Below, in pieces: positions 23,875 to 34,692 of a stretch of DNA of 64,000 nucleotides; the first letter of the stretch is position 1, and the number at the start of each line of letters is the position of its first letter. The notes under the pieces were generated by a model, which searched no databases, was not told where the DNA came from, and saw only the letters and a program-made list of their open reading frames with translations. A program made the position numbers and the translations under genes. Origin of the DNA: Glycera tridactyla (taxonomy: Eukaryota); the NCBI GenBank assembly GCA_965644265.1, contig OZ286466.1:41540001-41604000 (forward strand), written 5' to 3'.

Positions 23875-26388
23875 TTATTTGAAGGCCGTGAATGTGTCAT
23901 CAATCAATTTAAGTGTGTCTTTAGGGATGGAAAAGCATTTCTTGCCCTTGCCCACCTGTATGGGAGTCTCAATAATCAGAAGGAGATCATCATAGCCCAC
24001 CCATATTTCATCCTTACGAGCTGGCCACTTGAAAGTCCCACTCTTGCCCGATCTTGTCAAGAATTTGATTAACACTTCTACCTCATTTTTATCTTTCACC
24101 TGTCCCACATACCAGCTATCACCATACACAACTGCAACCCAATCCAAGATATTGGGACTTGTGGCAAGATGCTGTTGCACTGCAATATTCTCAGTGCCTT
24201 GATTCAGATCATCTTGTGCTGACGTCACCGGAGAATTAATTCTATCAGTGGACTTGCACTGGCTTGAAGTTGGTCCAATCTTGGAGGCTTTGGCAATGGA
24301 GTGTTTGATCCACCCATCACAACTTGATGTGGATACATCCTTCAGGCAGTCTGGACAATTACAGCTCATGTCTCGCACAGCCATCACCATGTCAGGAAGT
24401 GGTACAACTGCATGAAGAGTCATTGTCCCTGGGAGAGGTTGAACTTCAGGTTTGCCAGCAAGAATGACAGCAGAATTGTCATAATCACTCTGGGAGTAAT
24501 GAAAAAATTTGACTTTGCTGGCTGACATATTGCTGCAAAAAGTGTGAAACTCAGAGGCATCCTGAATGCTGCACTTGCCCTGTCTGACTGCCATGTCTGC
24601 CGCCCTTTTAACACTGGCACCAAGACCATCACATGGGCCTTTACCATGTCCACTTTCAAGATAATTCCATCGTGCTTGTACACCAAAGTCCTGTTCGTGC
24701 CCTTGCAGGATATTGAAGATGGTTTTATTCCGATACTGGCTGGTGGGAGAGTCTGTCAAATAGTGCACTGTTTCAAGTGATGGACATTCCTGTTTGAGGA
24801 GTGGCATGAGCTTTTGAATTATGGAATAAACTGCTGTGGCATTGTGGTTAAGAACTTCTGATATGGCTACATAGCTCTGAAATGTTTTCTCACTAGTGGG
24901 AGAGAAGTAGGCAACCATAGTATGGAGTGAAACCATCGCAGCATTCCAGTATGCTGATTGAACCTCTTCTGCAGAAGAACAAGTATAATTTTCGGCGAAA
25001 TCCATCCAGACTAAGATTTCATTCTCGGGCAGATTTTCTCGAAGTCTTCTCACTTCCTTGTATTGTGTTTGCACCCTGATGACATGCTGACGGAAATCAC
25101 AGATCTCTTTCATGAGAAGATCAATAAAGTCAGCCTTAGGGATGGTTTGCTCAATTTCCTTGAAACGTGACTTGTCACCATCTTTCACTTTTCGCCAAAC
25201 TTTGAATGTCACATCGGATTCAAGATGATTCTGTAAATCACTGGTTAGTGTTGTATCATCAGGATATTCTTTGATGAATACATCTGGATTTTTTGAACAC
25301 TGAACACCATAATTCCTCAGGCTACGCAGTTTGAGCCCCATGTTCTGATGATAAGTACATAAACAGGTTTTTCTTGATGCAAAGTTTGCTAGCATAATGT
25401 GGGCAGGCCTCATCCGGCAGAATACACTGCGTGACATCTTGATATCAGGGTATTCAGCGCGAAATTTCTCATGAAGATTATGCAAATAGTCCAAAAGCAC
25501 CCGTTTCTGCTTGTGCTCATTATCAACAACCTTGGTATCATTTTTACCTGGAAGTACTGTACAATTATCTTCTCGCTCAAGAAATGAGTGAACTTTGTCA
25601 CGAACCATTTGCTTGCTGGCGTCAGTTTTCCTCGCGGTTCTCATCCTTGATATTTTTTGCCGTGTGATTTGTAATTTCTCTCCAAGTGATGATATACATC
25701 GATACTTCCTCAACACACCATTTGCTAATTTCTTTTTGATCACAGCCTCATTCTTTTTCTTATACACTTTCAGGTTTCCTCGAAGATCAGAAAGTAGACT
25801 ATTAGCCAAGATCAGCTGCTTACGAATTTTGGGATGCTTACGTGGAGACAGACCCTCATCTTGCAATTCTTTTTGCGCTTTTGAGCGTGGAGTCATTGTC
25901 TGCATTGTGATAGTTTCACAACTTTCTGAAGTAGATGGCTGCACTTCGCGGGTCTCCTGGCTCTTTCGTTTCCTAATGAGCTGTTTCTCTGTTTTCCAAT
26001 TCTTACGTTTCAGCCTTTCATTCTCTTCGGACAAACCATGAATTGTTTTATAAGCTCTCCGAAGTGCGCGCTTATGTGATTTGCGAACTCCCACACTCTT
26101 ACTGATTCCAGGCAGTTTCACCGTAACTCGCGTCGAAGGACTACACACTGAAGAGGAAAAGGACTGCTGCTCTTCAAGGGACATGGATAGCTTTCCCTTA
26201 TTGTAGAATGTCTTTGCTTTTTTCCTATTCTCTGCTCTCCGCCTCTTCAACTGGGCTGGATTCAATTCAGCAACTGGAACATAAGTAGCCCTCTTGCGTC
26301 TTCTTTCTTTCTCCTTGTGACCTGATGGATCAGCCCTCTTCTGCTTTTCCCTCCATTTTCGCTGCCTCTCTGCATTTGTCAGGGCCAT
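23875..26388 (-). CDS. DDD transposase, Sola2-like (837 aa from MALTNAERQ; ORF open from 26475)
   Basis: D(82)D(40)D triad in WMDFAENY / YLTDSPTSQYRNK / SGHGKGPCDG; upstream CLCTYHQN motif; basic N-terminus; subgroup assigned from recalled motifs. Confidence 0.8.
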   Translation of the reverse strand: MALTNAERQRKWREKQKRADPSGHKEKERRRKRATYVPVAELNPAQLKRRRAENRKKAKTFYNKGKLSMSLEEQQSFSSSVCSPSTRVTVKLPGISKSVGVRKSHKRALRRAYKTIHGLSEENERLKRKNWKTEKQLIRKRKSQETREVQPSTSESCETITMQTMTPRSKAQKELQDEGLSPRKHPKIRKQLILANSLLSDLRGNLKVYKKKNEAVIKKKLANGVLRKYRCISSLGEKLQITRQKISRMRTARKTDASKQMVRDKVHSFLEREDNCTVLPGKNDTKVVDNEHKQKRVLLDYLHNLHEKFRAEYPDIKMSRSVFCRMRPAHIMLANFASRKTCLCTYHQNMGLKLRSLRNYGVQCSKNPDVFIKEYPDDTTLTSDLQNHLESDVTFKVWRKVKDGDKSRFKEIEQTIPKADFIDLLMKEICDFRQHVIRVQTQYKEVRRLRENLPENEILVWMDFAENYTCSSAEEVQSAYWNAAMVSLHTMVAYFSPTSEKTFQSYVAISEVLNHNATAVYSIIQKLMPLLKQECPSLETVHYLTDSPTSQYRNKTIFNILQGHEQDFGVQARWNYLESGHGKGPCDGLGASVKRAADMAVRQGKCSIQDASEFHTFCSNMSASKVKFFHYSQSDYDNSAVILAGKPEVQPLPGTMTLHAVVPLPDMVMAVRDMSCNCPDCLKDVSTSSCDGWIKHSIAKASKIGPTSSQCKSTDRINSPVTSAQDDLNQGTENIAVQQHLATSPNILDWVAVVYGDSWYVGQVKDKNEVEVLIKFLTRSGKSGTFKWPARKDEIWVGYDDLLLIIETPIQVGKGKKCFSIPKDTLKLIDDTFTAFK

Positions 26389-26389
26389 C

Positions 26390-26880
26390 CTGCAAAGAGA
26401 CACAAGTACAAGATGTTGCTGCTTCCCAGAATGAATTATCAGTGCATTCTCATACTGGCTCCATACATAATCCATTCACGGAAAGAAACTCACACTCCTG
26501 ATTGCTAGGCAAATGAGTATGGTCCATTGTCAGAATAGAATGAATCATTATCAGGTTCATAATGATAGAAAATCAGGTGGTGGATAAGTACAGAGAACTT
26601 GATGGACAAATGGTTGATAAAGTATAAAAAAACACTCAATATTGCAGTAAAAATCAAATTCTAGCAATCCTCAGTAAGCTATAAATCTTGACTAGTGAGT
26701 ATGACAGATTGATTCAAAAAGAAGACCATCGAATTGTTCTTCAAATCCTGAATTGACATCAGTGGCATTCTATCTAACCTCCATAACATACCTGTTTGCT
26801 ACCACTGATTGGTGTTAAAACACCCATTGAAGTGGGGAATACTACATTTTACCAAATGAAATGCATAGATAAACACTCAC
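26390..26880 (-). other. Putative 5'-UTR intron of the transposase gene
   Basis: Minus-strand donor AAAAG|GTGAGT at 26880 and acceptor TCTCTTTGCAG|G one base before ATG at 26388. Confidence 0.55.
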
Positions 26881-27120
26881 CTTTTCAATGAGCTGGTCTC
26901 AGCTTGGTATTTTGGGAAATTCACTCCTAGAATTGCTATTTTCCACAAGTTTGTGGCATGAGTTGTTGACTCCTTTGTTTGGGCCACTAGTCCATGCTGA
27001 CCACTGACCAGCACTGCCCAGATATATGCAGGATCCCTCAACCACATGTTTTGATGATCCCCTTGTCATAATATACCCCAGTAACCAGGGGGTGCCCTGG
27101 AGAGTGCAGACAAGTATCCT

Positions 27121-27150
27121 GTTACGGAGGTTAGGTGTTACGGAGGTTAG
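27121..27150 (+). promoter_or_regulatory. Tandem pair of the 14-bp subterminal motif GTTACGGAGGTTAG
   Basis: Exact copies at 23248, 23603, 27121, 27137, 63723, 63740; variants at 26774 (inverted), 27293, 27482, 62526, 63896. Confidence 0.5.
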
Positions 27151-29459
27151 GGACCAGCCAATCTAGTGGCCATATCATAGCCTGGAAAGAAGTCCATACC
27201 ACCCATAAGCTACCATGCTTGAGTGGGTATGGACCACTATATCATATTAGAAAACCATGGTTCCAACTTCATTTTTTCTATGAATGGAGGCCGTTACGGA
27301 AGTTAGGTCCTTATTTGTCCCCTCTTCATTTTTGAAGTTCGTTCCATCATTATTCAGCCATCGTCAACACTGGAATCCAGAAATGCTGTTTTATCTTTAC
27401 TATGGTTGTGAATGAATAAAAAGGTGATATCTTATCATCTAATGATGAAACCTACTACATTCTGTAGCCAGCCAAAAAACTGTTACGGAGGTTATAGGAA
27501 TTTCACGGACAATCATTATTGAGCTGGCATCTTGAAATCCAAAGGATTATCAATGAGAAAGCATGATTTTCTGTAACTTTCATATATTACCAACATAGAT
27601 TTAGGAGTTTTTCCATCCTGTGATATAATCTTCCTAGCAAAATGCAACCCTGAATTAGGAGAAATGCTCTGCAGACATGGCTTTTTGGGCAATCTGACGA
27701 TATTCAAGCTCACAAAACACATGGATCATATTCATGGATCACCATGAAATTTGGCAGAAATTCTCTTAACAAACTAAGGATCATTCCAAAATAATTTTTG
27801 TATCTGTGAGTGATGGGATTTTTTCACAAATTAGTGAGCAACCCTGAAGACACTAGATTTCCCAAATTGTTACAAATTTTTGAGAATGACTGATTACCAA
27901 TCAAACAATTAGAATCAAAATCCATTGAGAATTGAGGGAGGGGATATGATTTTAGTGATTTTTGCATAATCACCCAATTAGCCTAATCACCAAGTCATTG
28001 ATGAGAATTTCACACAAAATGTGACCGAGTTCTGTCCAATAAAATAATAAGAATCAAAATCCATCGAGAAGTGAGGGAGGAGATGCAATGTCTGCGAATT
28101 GTGGATGACAATGGACAACGGACGATGGACAATGGCAGATGGACGCGGCGTGATGGCATAAGCTCATCAGCCTTCGGCCATATGAGCTAATGAAGTGTAG
28201 GGTCGACAGATATGCCAGGTTGAAAATATACCAGGATATATGGTAACTATGGCATACTTCGGAGAACTGGAGTAACGTTCATCTATAACCAATGTGTAGC
28301 AGATGAGATCAATGTACAACTCCATCCAAATCAACTTGTTACAATCCAATCACAAGAGAGTGGCGACCTACTCATCTCCTAATCTAATTAAATCAATACG
28401 CTAAGTGTCTTAAAGATTCACAACATCGACAGTGATTTCCCCTTCTTTTTTGGGTGGGAATGGCGGTTGAGGGCAAGCCAATCAAAGATACAGTTTTGCA
28501 CCACACCCCCAAAAAAAAACACTTATCAAAATGTGAAGTAAAAAAATTACCTCATTCGGATTGTAGGTGAGCCCAAACCCCATTTTCATCTTTTTTTGTG
28601 TCCCAGCCATTGTTCTTTTTCATCCAATGTCTATTAACTGAAGTTTAGCCTTGACACATTCAAAGATGGGCCAAAGACCAAGAATTTTGCAATCCCACAA
28701 CTGCCAACATATGGAGACAACCTAAATGGTGGACATTTTGAATCACTTGCATCTTTCCTGCTCAATCTCTACACATTCTCGTCTGATTATAATGATCTAA
28801 ATCCCAAAATAATGTGCTTAATATGCTTTTCTGCCATTTGCAAGGCTCAATGTCTGCCATTATAACATGAAATCCCTTAATTAATCACATCTCTAGATAG
28901 AGAACTGGGAAATGGCCTAAATGAACCGAGAAATTAATGATGGATTTGACCGGCATCTTTATTCATGATGCCTTCCAGAGAAAACCACGAAAAATATGGG
29001 CTCTAAAAATCAGGATTATGTTCCATCACCGAGGAACAATGTGGGGGAAATGTAAGATTTATCACACTGGTACAGTATAATCACACCATGTAATGGTCCA
29101 TTCTTGTTAATTAAATATCTCATCACAGGAAATGGACTCCAATAAAGCCTAATGGACTGGTTTTAGGTTAGTCTTACCGAGAAATGGAAACACTGAATGG
29201 AAGTAGGTCATGCTAGTTGCTATGGTTGTGTATGAAAGCCATGGTAACTGGAATCACATGCTCCGTTTCTAGGTGCATCTGAGCTTTTGGTGAGATGGAT
29301 GTTCTTGATGAGTCAAGCTTGGTATGTGTGAGCACACACACTCATCATGCTCATGACCTACATATTACAGTATTCACACCTTCCATCCCCCACATATCTA
29401 TGATCAGATCAATTCATGAATACTAATGAAGCACGTACACATTCATACATACATGGCGG

Positions 29460-29576
29460 CACACACAGGCACACACGCGCGCACGCATGCACGCACGCAC
29501 TTACTCGCTTGCACGCACGCACGGATGGATGGATGGAAGGAAGGAAGGAAGGATGGAAGGATGGATGGATGGATGG
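29460..29576. repeat. Compound (ACGC)n-(GGAT/GGAA)n microsatellite
   Basis: Direct observation. Confidence 0.9.
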
Positions 29577-30874
29577 GATTGATGCTAGTATGGACTGTTC
29601 AACCATACCAATCTATCGATCAAGTAATGTTCAACATCACTTCAATCTAGCAAAAAATGCATTACAATTGAAATGATTGACAACCAGGTGAAATTTGGTA
29701 GCACCTGGCTAACAACAGTTAGCAATATTAAAACCTCAATCAAGAAAAATGTTGCCAACACATCCCATGCAAGACTGACTCAGCAACACCATGAACAGCT
29801 GAGACAGAGTCAGACAGGTCATCAGTAAAATACCAGGCCAAGATTTGGGCCATTAAATTCCATACCCAGGAAGAAGGGATTGAAGGAATCTTGACTCCTA
29901 TCCGACTCTAAGCCACAACCTTTTTTTTTTTCTGAGCCACAACCTGTCAGCAGCTAATAGATCCTAATGGATGCAGGGTCCCCCCTAAAATATGTGTGAG
30001 ATACATATATGAGAAAAACAAAACCTGCCATAGTTAAGAAATACCCCCTGGGAGTTATTATTATTATTATTTTATTTTTTTTTTTTTGGGGGGGGGGGGA
30101 GGCTCACTGTAATATCCAAGCTGAGTGTGCTCAACACCTGCAGCTATATTAGGGGTGAGTGATAATGTGGAGAGCGAGGCAGCAGCAGCAGCAGCTATGA
30201 CGAACTATCATTGGCTGTGACTGCGCAATTGTAAGTGCGAGCCTGTTATCACAGCGGAAGCAGGTTGCCACCGAGGTGAACCACCTGAGCCCATACCCTC
30301 CTAACGCTTTAATCTGAAACATATATTTTACATATATATACATACTGTATATGAAAATGCATACACACACATACATACATACACACACACAGGGGAAAAT
30401 GTGGAACGGACCTAGCCTAGCACTGAAGTTTCAATTTCACCAGGTGAAAGCCATCATTGTTTGCAACCAATAAAATACATATTAATGGATCTGAATGAAA
30501 AAGTGACAAGCTCATTCTCAGCTTTGTAGTGATCTTTACAACTAAACCTGTATGCTGCAAGCTCCAAAACCATGTTTCGAATCCAGATTTTTTTATGTTC
30601 AAGAGAACAATCAAACTCCTGTTAGCCATATATAGATTGAAGATTCAGAGAGGCATTCTTAAAATCATTTACACAATCAAATATTGTGGTTATAGTACTA
30701 TATTCCAGCATTCTGAATTAAGATGAAATACTCAACTACACAGTGAAAACCGCAAAAAGCATAGTACATGTTCAACAAATGGTATGACCTCGGACAGTAG
30801 TTGCTGATGACTGCTTGAGGCAGACATGATCAATACGGCATACTCCATTACTGGGTAATCATAGACTTCGGGTA

Positions 30875-31016
30875 CCATATGTACTCGCATATGAGCCTCC
30901 ACCGCCTATAACCCGGGGGTACAATTTTGCCCATAAAAGTCGTGATTTTGTCGATATCTCGCATTTAAGCTGACTCCATGATTTTGCTGATTGGACATGG
31001 CGGATTGCGAATACGG
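30875..31016. mobile_element. CCGTA-type MITE
   Basis: TA|CCATATGTACTCGC ... GCGAATACGG|TA; related to 40353-40480. Confidence 0.6.
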
Positions 31017-31511
31017 TAAAACATGTGACTGAGTGCTGATTCATAAACAGGTTTGACTGTGCTCCTAAACTGAGCAAACTTGAGCCTCACTGGAATGGGT
31101 CCATGGGGTCCACTTCACTAGGGTAAGGATGCACATGTGAGTAGGTCACAGAATCAGCATGCAGCCAAACTTGAACTAAAGGCAAGTATGAACATATGGT
31201 CTCCGTAGATGGGGGCTCTGAGGAGCAGAAGTTCATATCTGAAAGGACTACCATGGACAAATGAGAGTAACATTCATAGGAAGGCAGCATTTGCAAAGAG
31301 GTTGCTGATGTAGAAGTCCTACTGAAAAAAAGTAACATTTTCAGAAACATGATTAGATTTTTTTCAACTAACCCATTTTTGGGATCATTTTCGAAATACC
31401 AAAGTTTTCAGAAAAATCAACATCACTGAATTGGAAAGATTTCCTTAGAAATTGTTGCAGTTTTTCCAGCCAAGCACCATTCGTTGTGCTGGAGAAGCTC
31501 CTTAGCAGGGG

Positions 31512-31726
31512 CAGGGATTTTCTTGCTCGGGATATGTATGGGTCTTTCGGGCACATTGATGCAGTTTTCATGTGCCATTTCAGATTTGTGTGTGCCTCAA
31601 ACCATGTAATCATACCAAAGTATGGAAAATTCCATGTGCCTTCTGGGCACAAGATATATGGTTCAATGTGCCCTCTCACAACTTTATGTGCCATTTGCCA
31701 CAGGGCACAGTGTAAAATTATCCCTG
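31512..31726. mobile_element. hAT-type MITE with 6-bp TSD
   Basis: CAGGGAT termini; TSD CAGGGG on both sides; inverted copy of 19571-19786. Confidence 0.85.
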
Positions 31727-31825
31727 CAGGGGTAATTGTTTATTCTTGTATCTATGTTATGCTATATTATACTTTACTGTGTTTACAAAGACGGATTGAA
31801 ATAAAGTAAAATCAATCAATCAATA
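31727..31825 (+). mobile_element. Probable 3' end of a degraded L2/CR1-type LINE
   Basis: AT-rich UTR, GAAATAAA, (CAAT)n tail; just upstream of the MITE the + strand reads FFQPSTIR, resembling an L2/CR1 ORF2 C-terminus. Confidence 0.35.
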
Positions 31826-32618
31826 ATTGTGAGCATCATTATCAATCCACATACGCCTACATCTTAGTGACAGGGCCCCCTTGTGACAATGATGGACTGC
31901 CAAATCAGAGCTAAAATGCGTAGAAATTCAATCAGACTGTACAAAGATGGCGCTACTGACCTGAGGCAACAAAGCTGAGCATGCAGCTCCTGGGATCGCG
32001 AGATGTATACACCCCATCTCACACCAGCCAATATCTCAGGATTTACTTCCAAATGACAAGTACACACACATTCAAACATGTGTTATCATCTAGCCGATAT
32101 ACACATGTACGGGATTATGACCTTGACTGATGGTTTTTTTCTCATGATGTCTACAACTTCTTCCTGATCAAACTAAAGTTTTTTCTGTACAGTGGAATGT
32201 GCTCGAGAGACCACCTCTCTATAAAGGCCACCTGCCTATGAAAGCCAACCTGAGCAGTGACCCTGATAGTATTTCAAGGATGAATCACCTCTCTATAAAG
32301 TCCACCTGCCTACAAATGTCACTTTTTGATGCAACCTAGGGTGACTTATATATACAGGTTCAATTGCATTTAATCTGATTCCTGGTGGATTCTACTGCAA
32401 CATCCCACTCATGCCCATCACATAGATGTCTCAATATAGCCAAAGCCCATGAGATGTGGATCAACCAGCTAGGCAAGCAATCAGAGAGAGATATAGCAAT
32501 AGAGTGGGAGAGAGAGAGAGGGAGAGGGAGGGAGAAGGAGAGGGAAGAATGGGAGAGGGATGATATAGCCCCCTTTTTGAGTGCTTGGAGCAAATAAAAT
32601 ATTGTGTTATCTGTTATC

Positions 32619-32858
32619 NNNNNNNNNNNNNNNNNNNNNNNNNNNNNNNNNNNNNNNNNNNNNNNNNNNNNNNNNNNNNNNNNNNNNNNNNNNNNNNNNN
32701 NNNNNNNNNNNNNNNNNNNNNNNNNNNNNNNNNNNNNNNNNNNNNNNNNNNNNNNNNNNNNNNNNNNNNNNNNNNNNNNNNNNNNNNNNNNNNNNNNNNN
32801 NNNNNNNNNNNNNNNNNNNNNNNNNNNNNNNNNNNNNNNNNNNNNNNNNNNNNNNNNN
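32619..32858. other. Assembly gap (N run)
   Basis: 240 N bases. Confidence 0.99.
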
Positions 32859-34327
32859 GGAGAACAGAAGGTTAGAGGACTATAAATAACAAGGGCACAA
32901 TTTTAGCATTTGAATGCAACTACAAAAGCATTCATTAGATCCTAAGAAGTGAAGAATACAGCAACAATAGGGGGCACATTCTTATGTCAACCAACTTGAG
33001 TGTGTGAATGTCCTGTAGTGCGACTTCATGCTATCAATGGCATGGCGCCATCAATAGGCAGGAAATGAACTTCATCAGTATGCTTCAAAAGTTTTCCTAT
33101 TCGTTGAAAAGCCAACCCATTGAGAGTCCTATCGATAAAAACTACCAATCGATACTGATTATCTTTGTACCAGTATATCATGAATAAAGTCTGCTTTCTG
33201 TGATGAGTGAAATCCTTCGCTGATTCTGAGTGATTTGAAATGAAATTTTTATTCAATGACAAGAAGCTATTTTATACCCCATTGAGTTGCTGATAATCCT
33301 CAAATTGTTTTGTTGGGTACCCCAGAATGCGAGTGATCAAGGTACTAAATCTATCATTGTTTCGGAAAATTCTTCTAAGGTGGCACATGGTATGGTATAC
33401 CCAGGGTCAATTTAATTGAAATATTCTAAAACTATCAAATATATACAATGGTGAGTCCAACAGGATTCTGACCCTGAAACGTTTCATTTTAACCATCTCC
33501 CATTGTGTGAAATTTGCATAAAATCAATACCACTTCAGCACCTAAGAGCACTAAAACCCTCCATATGCTCAAGAAAATCAGTAATGTGGCCAATACTGTG
33601 ACATCATGGTTATTACTTAGCGATGAATTTTGTTCACATCTCATAAATTAGGGATTGGGTCATTGCGAGGAAATCTATTGCGCTAACAGAATGTGTACAA
33701 ATAGATCTTTCAGCTATCTGGGGCTCAAGGAATCCTGAGCCAGAAACAGTGTAAATTCCAAAGCATCTCCGAACTTCATGCTTGAGAAAAAACAGAATCT
33801 GTCATGAACAGACTAAAAATAGTAAATTCTCGATATGAATGCTGCCTTCACTTATTAGTAATCAGAGAGGTTGCTGCTATCCACTGGGTGAAATGATAAT
33901 GAAGCGCCAGAAATACATGTACACCCATCGGACAGCATTTCTATTTTCTAATCCCTGCATGACCTTAAAACTACCACCTAGGGATGTATCACAGAACTAT
34001 TTGTGACAGTCCACACCCTGAAGAAAAATACAGGAAGTTTGTCTCCAACTTCAGATAAAGAAAAAGTGTACATGTATTAGACATCTCCAGGATATTTCAG
34101 CAAATTGATCAGAGCTGACAGTTCATTTTTGTAAGTGATCATTACATCGCAAGAAACTTCACAACCGCCACAAAGTCAGGATCCAGGCCCCAGGGTATAC
34201 AATAATGAGGAGGGTTGCTGTATATCAGTACCACTTCCTATAGTTCTTTTAGACAATCTCTAATAAGAATGAACATAGTTCATTCATTCAAAGTCAGTGA
34301 ACAAAGAATAAAGAGAACACAGATAAT

Positions 34328-34562
34328 AACAAGTATTGGGAAAGGAAAGTTGATGAAATCATCAGTGATTACGAACTAGGATTCAGCTACAGTACAATGT
34401 ATGTGTTTATTGTTGGCTCCTAGATTGTCCAGTGAAATGTTCCTGACAGAGCATGACAGAGAGAACATATGTACACATGCACATGCAAATGCATGCATGT
34501 GTGCATGCACACATGTACATACACACACCCAGCCAGCCAGACAACCAGCCAGCCAGCCAGCC

Positions 34563-34597
<35 letters not shown>

Positions 34598-34692
34598 GCA
34601 ATAATGACACACAACCAATGAGAAACAAGGATCAAAAGGTCTGATATAGTAAAGGACAGAATTCACATAATGGCTATTAGCCATGTGGATAT
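34328..34692. mobile_element. HINE-like element with (CCAG)n(CAGA)n microsatellite and terminal hairpin
   Basis: AACAAG at 34328, microsatellite ~34525-34595, hairpin CACATAATGGCTA-T-TAGCCATGTG at 34661-34691. Confidence 0.4.

Larger units (their letters stand above)
22689..27892 (-). mobile_element. Full-length autonomous DNA transposon, Sola(2)-like transposase
   Basis: Perfect 28-bp TIRs CAGTCATTCTCAAAAATTTGTAACAATT at 22689-22716 and 27865-27892; ATT on both flanks; one intact long ORF. Confidence 0.9.
22633..28190. mobile_element. HINE-like element split by the Sola-like transposon (parts 22633-22688 and 27893-28190)
   Basis: AACAAGAAATT start; ~139-bp internal duplication (27910 and 28049); GGAC-type microsatellite at ~28120-28145; terminal hairpin AGCTCAT..GCC-TTC-GGC..ATGAGCT at 28161-28188. 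Confidence 0.5.

Noticed and set aside
25595-26041. 148-aa + strand ORF (and other short + ORFs within 23833-24780)
   Set aside because: Antisense shadows of the transposase CDS
26389-26475. First 29 codons of the 866-aa ORF as part of the transposase
   Set aside because: They lie within the putative intron upstream of a strong acceptor; MALTNAERQ is the likelier start
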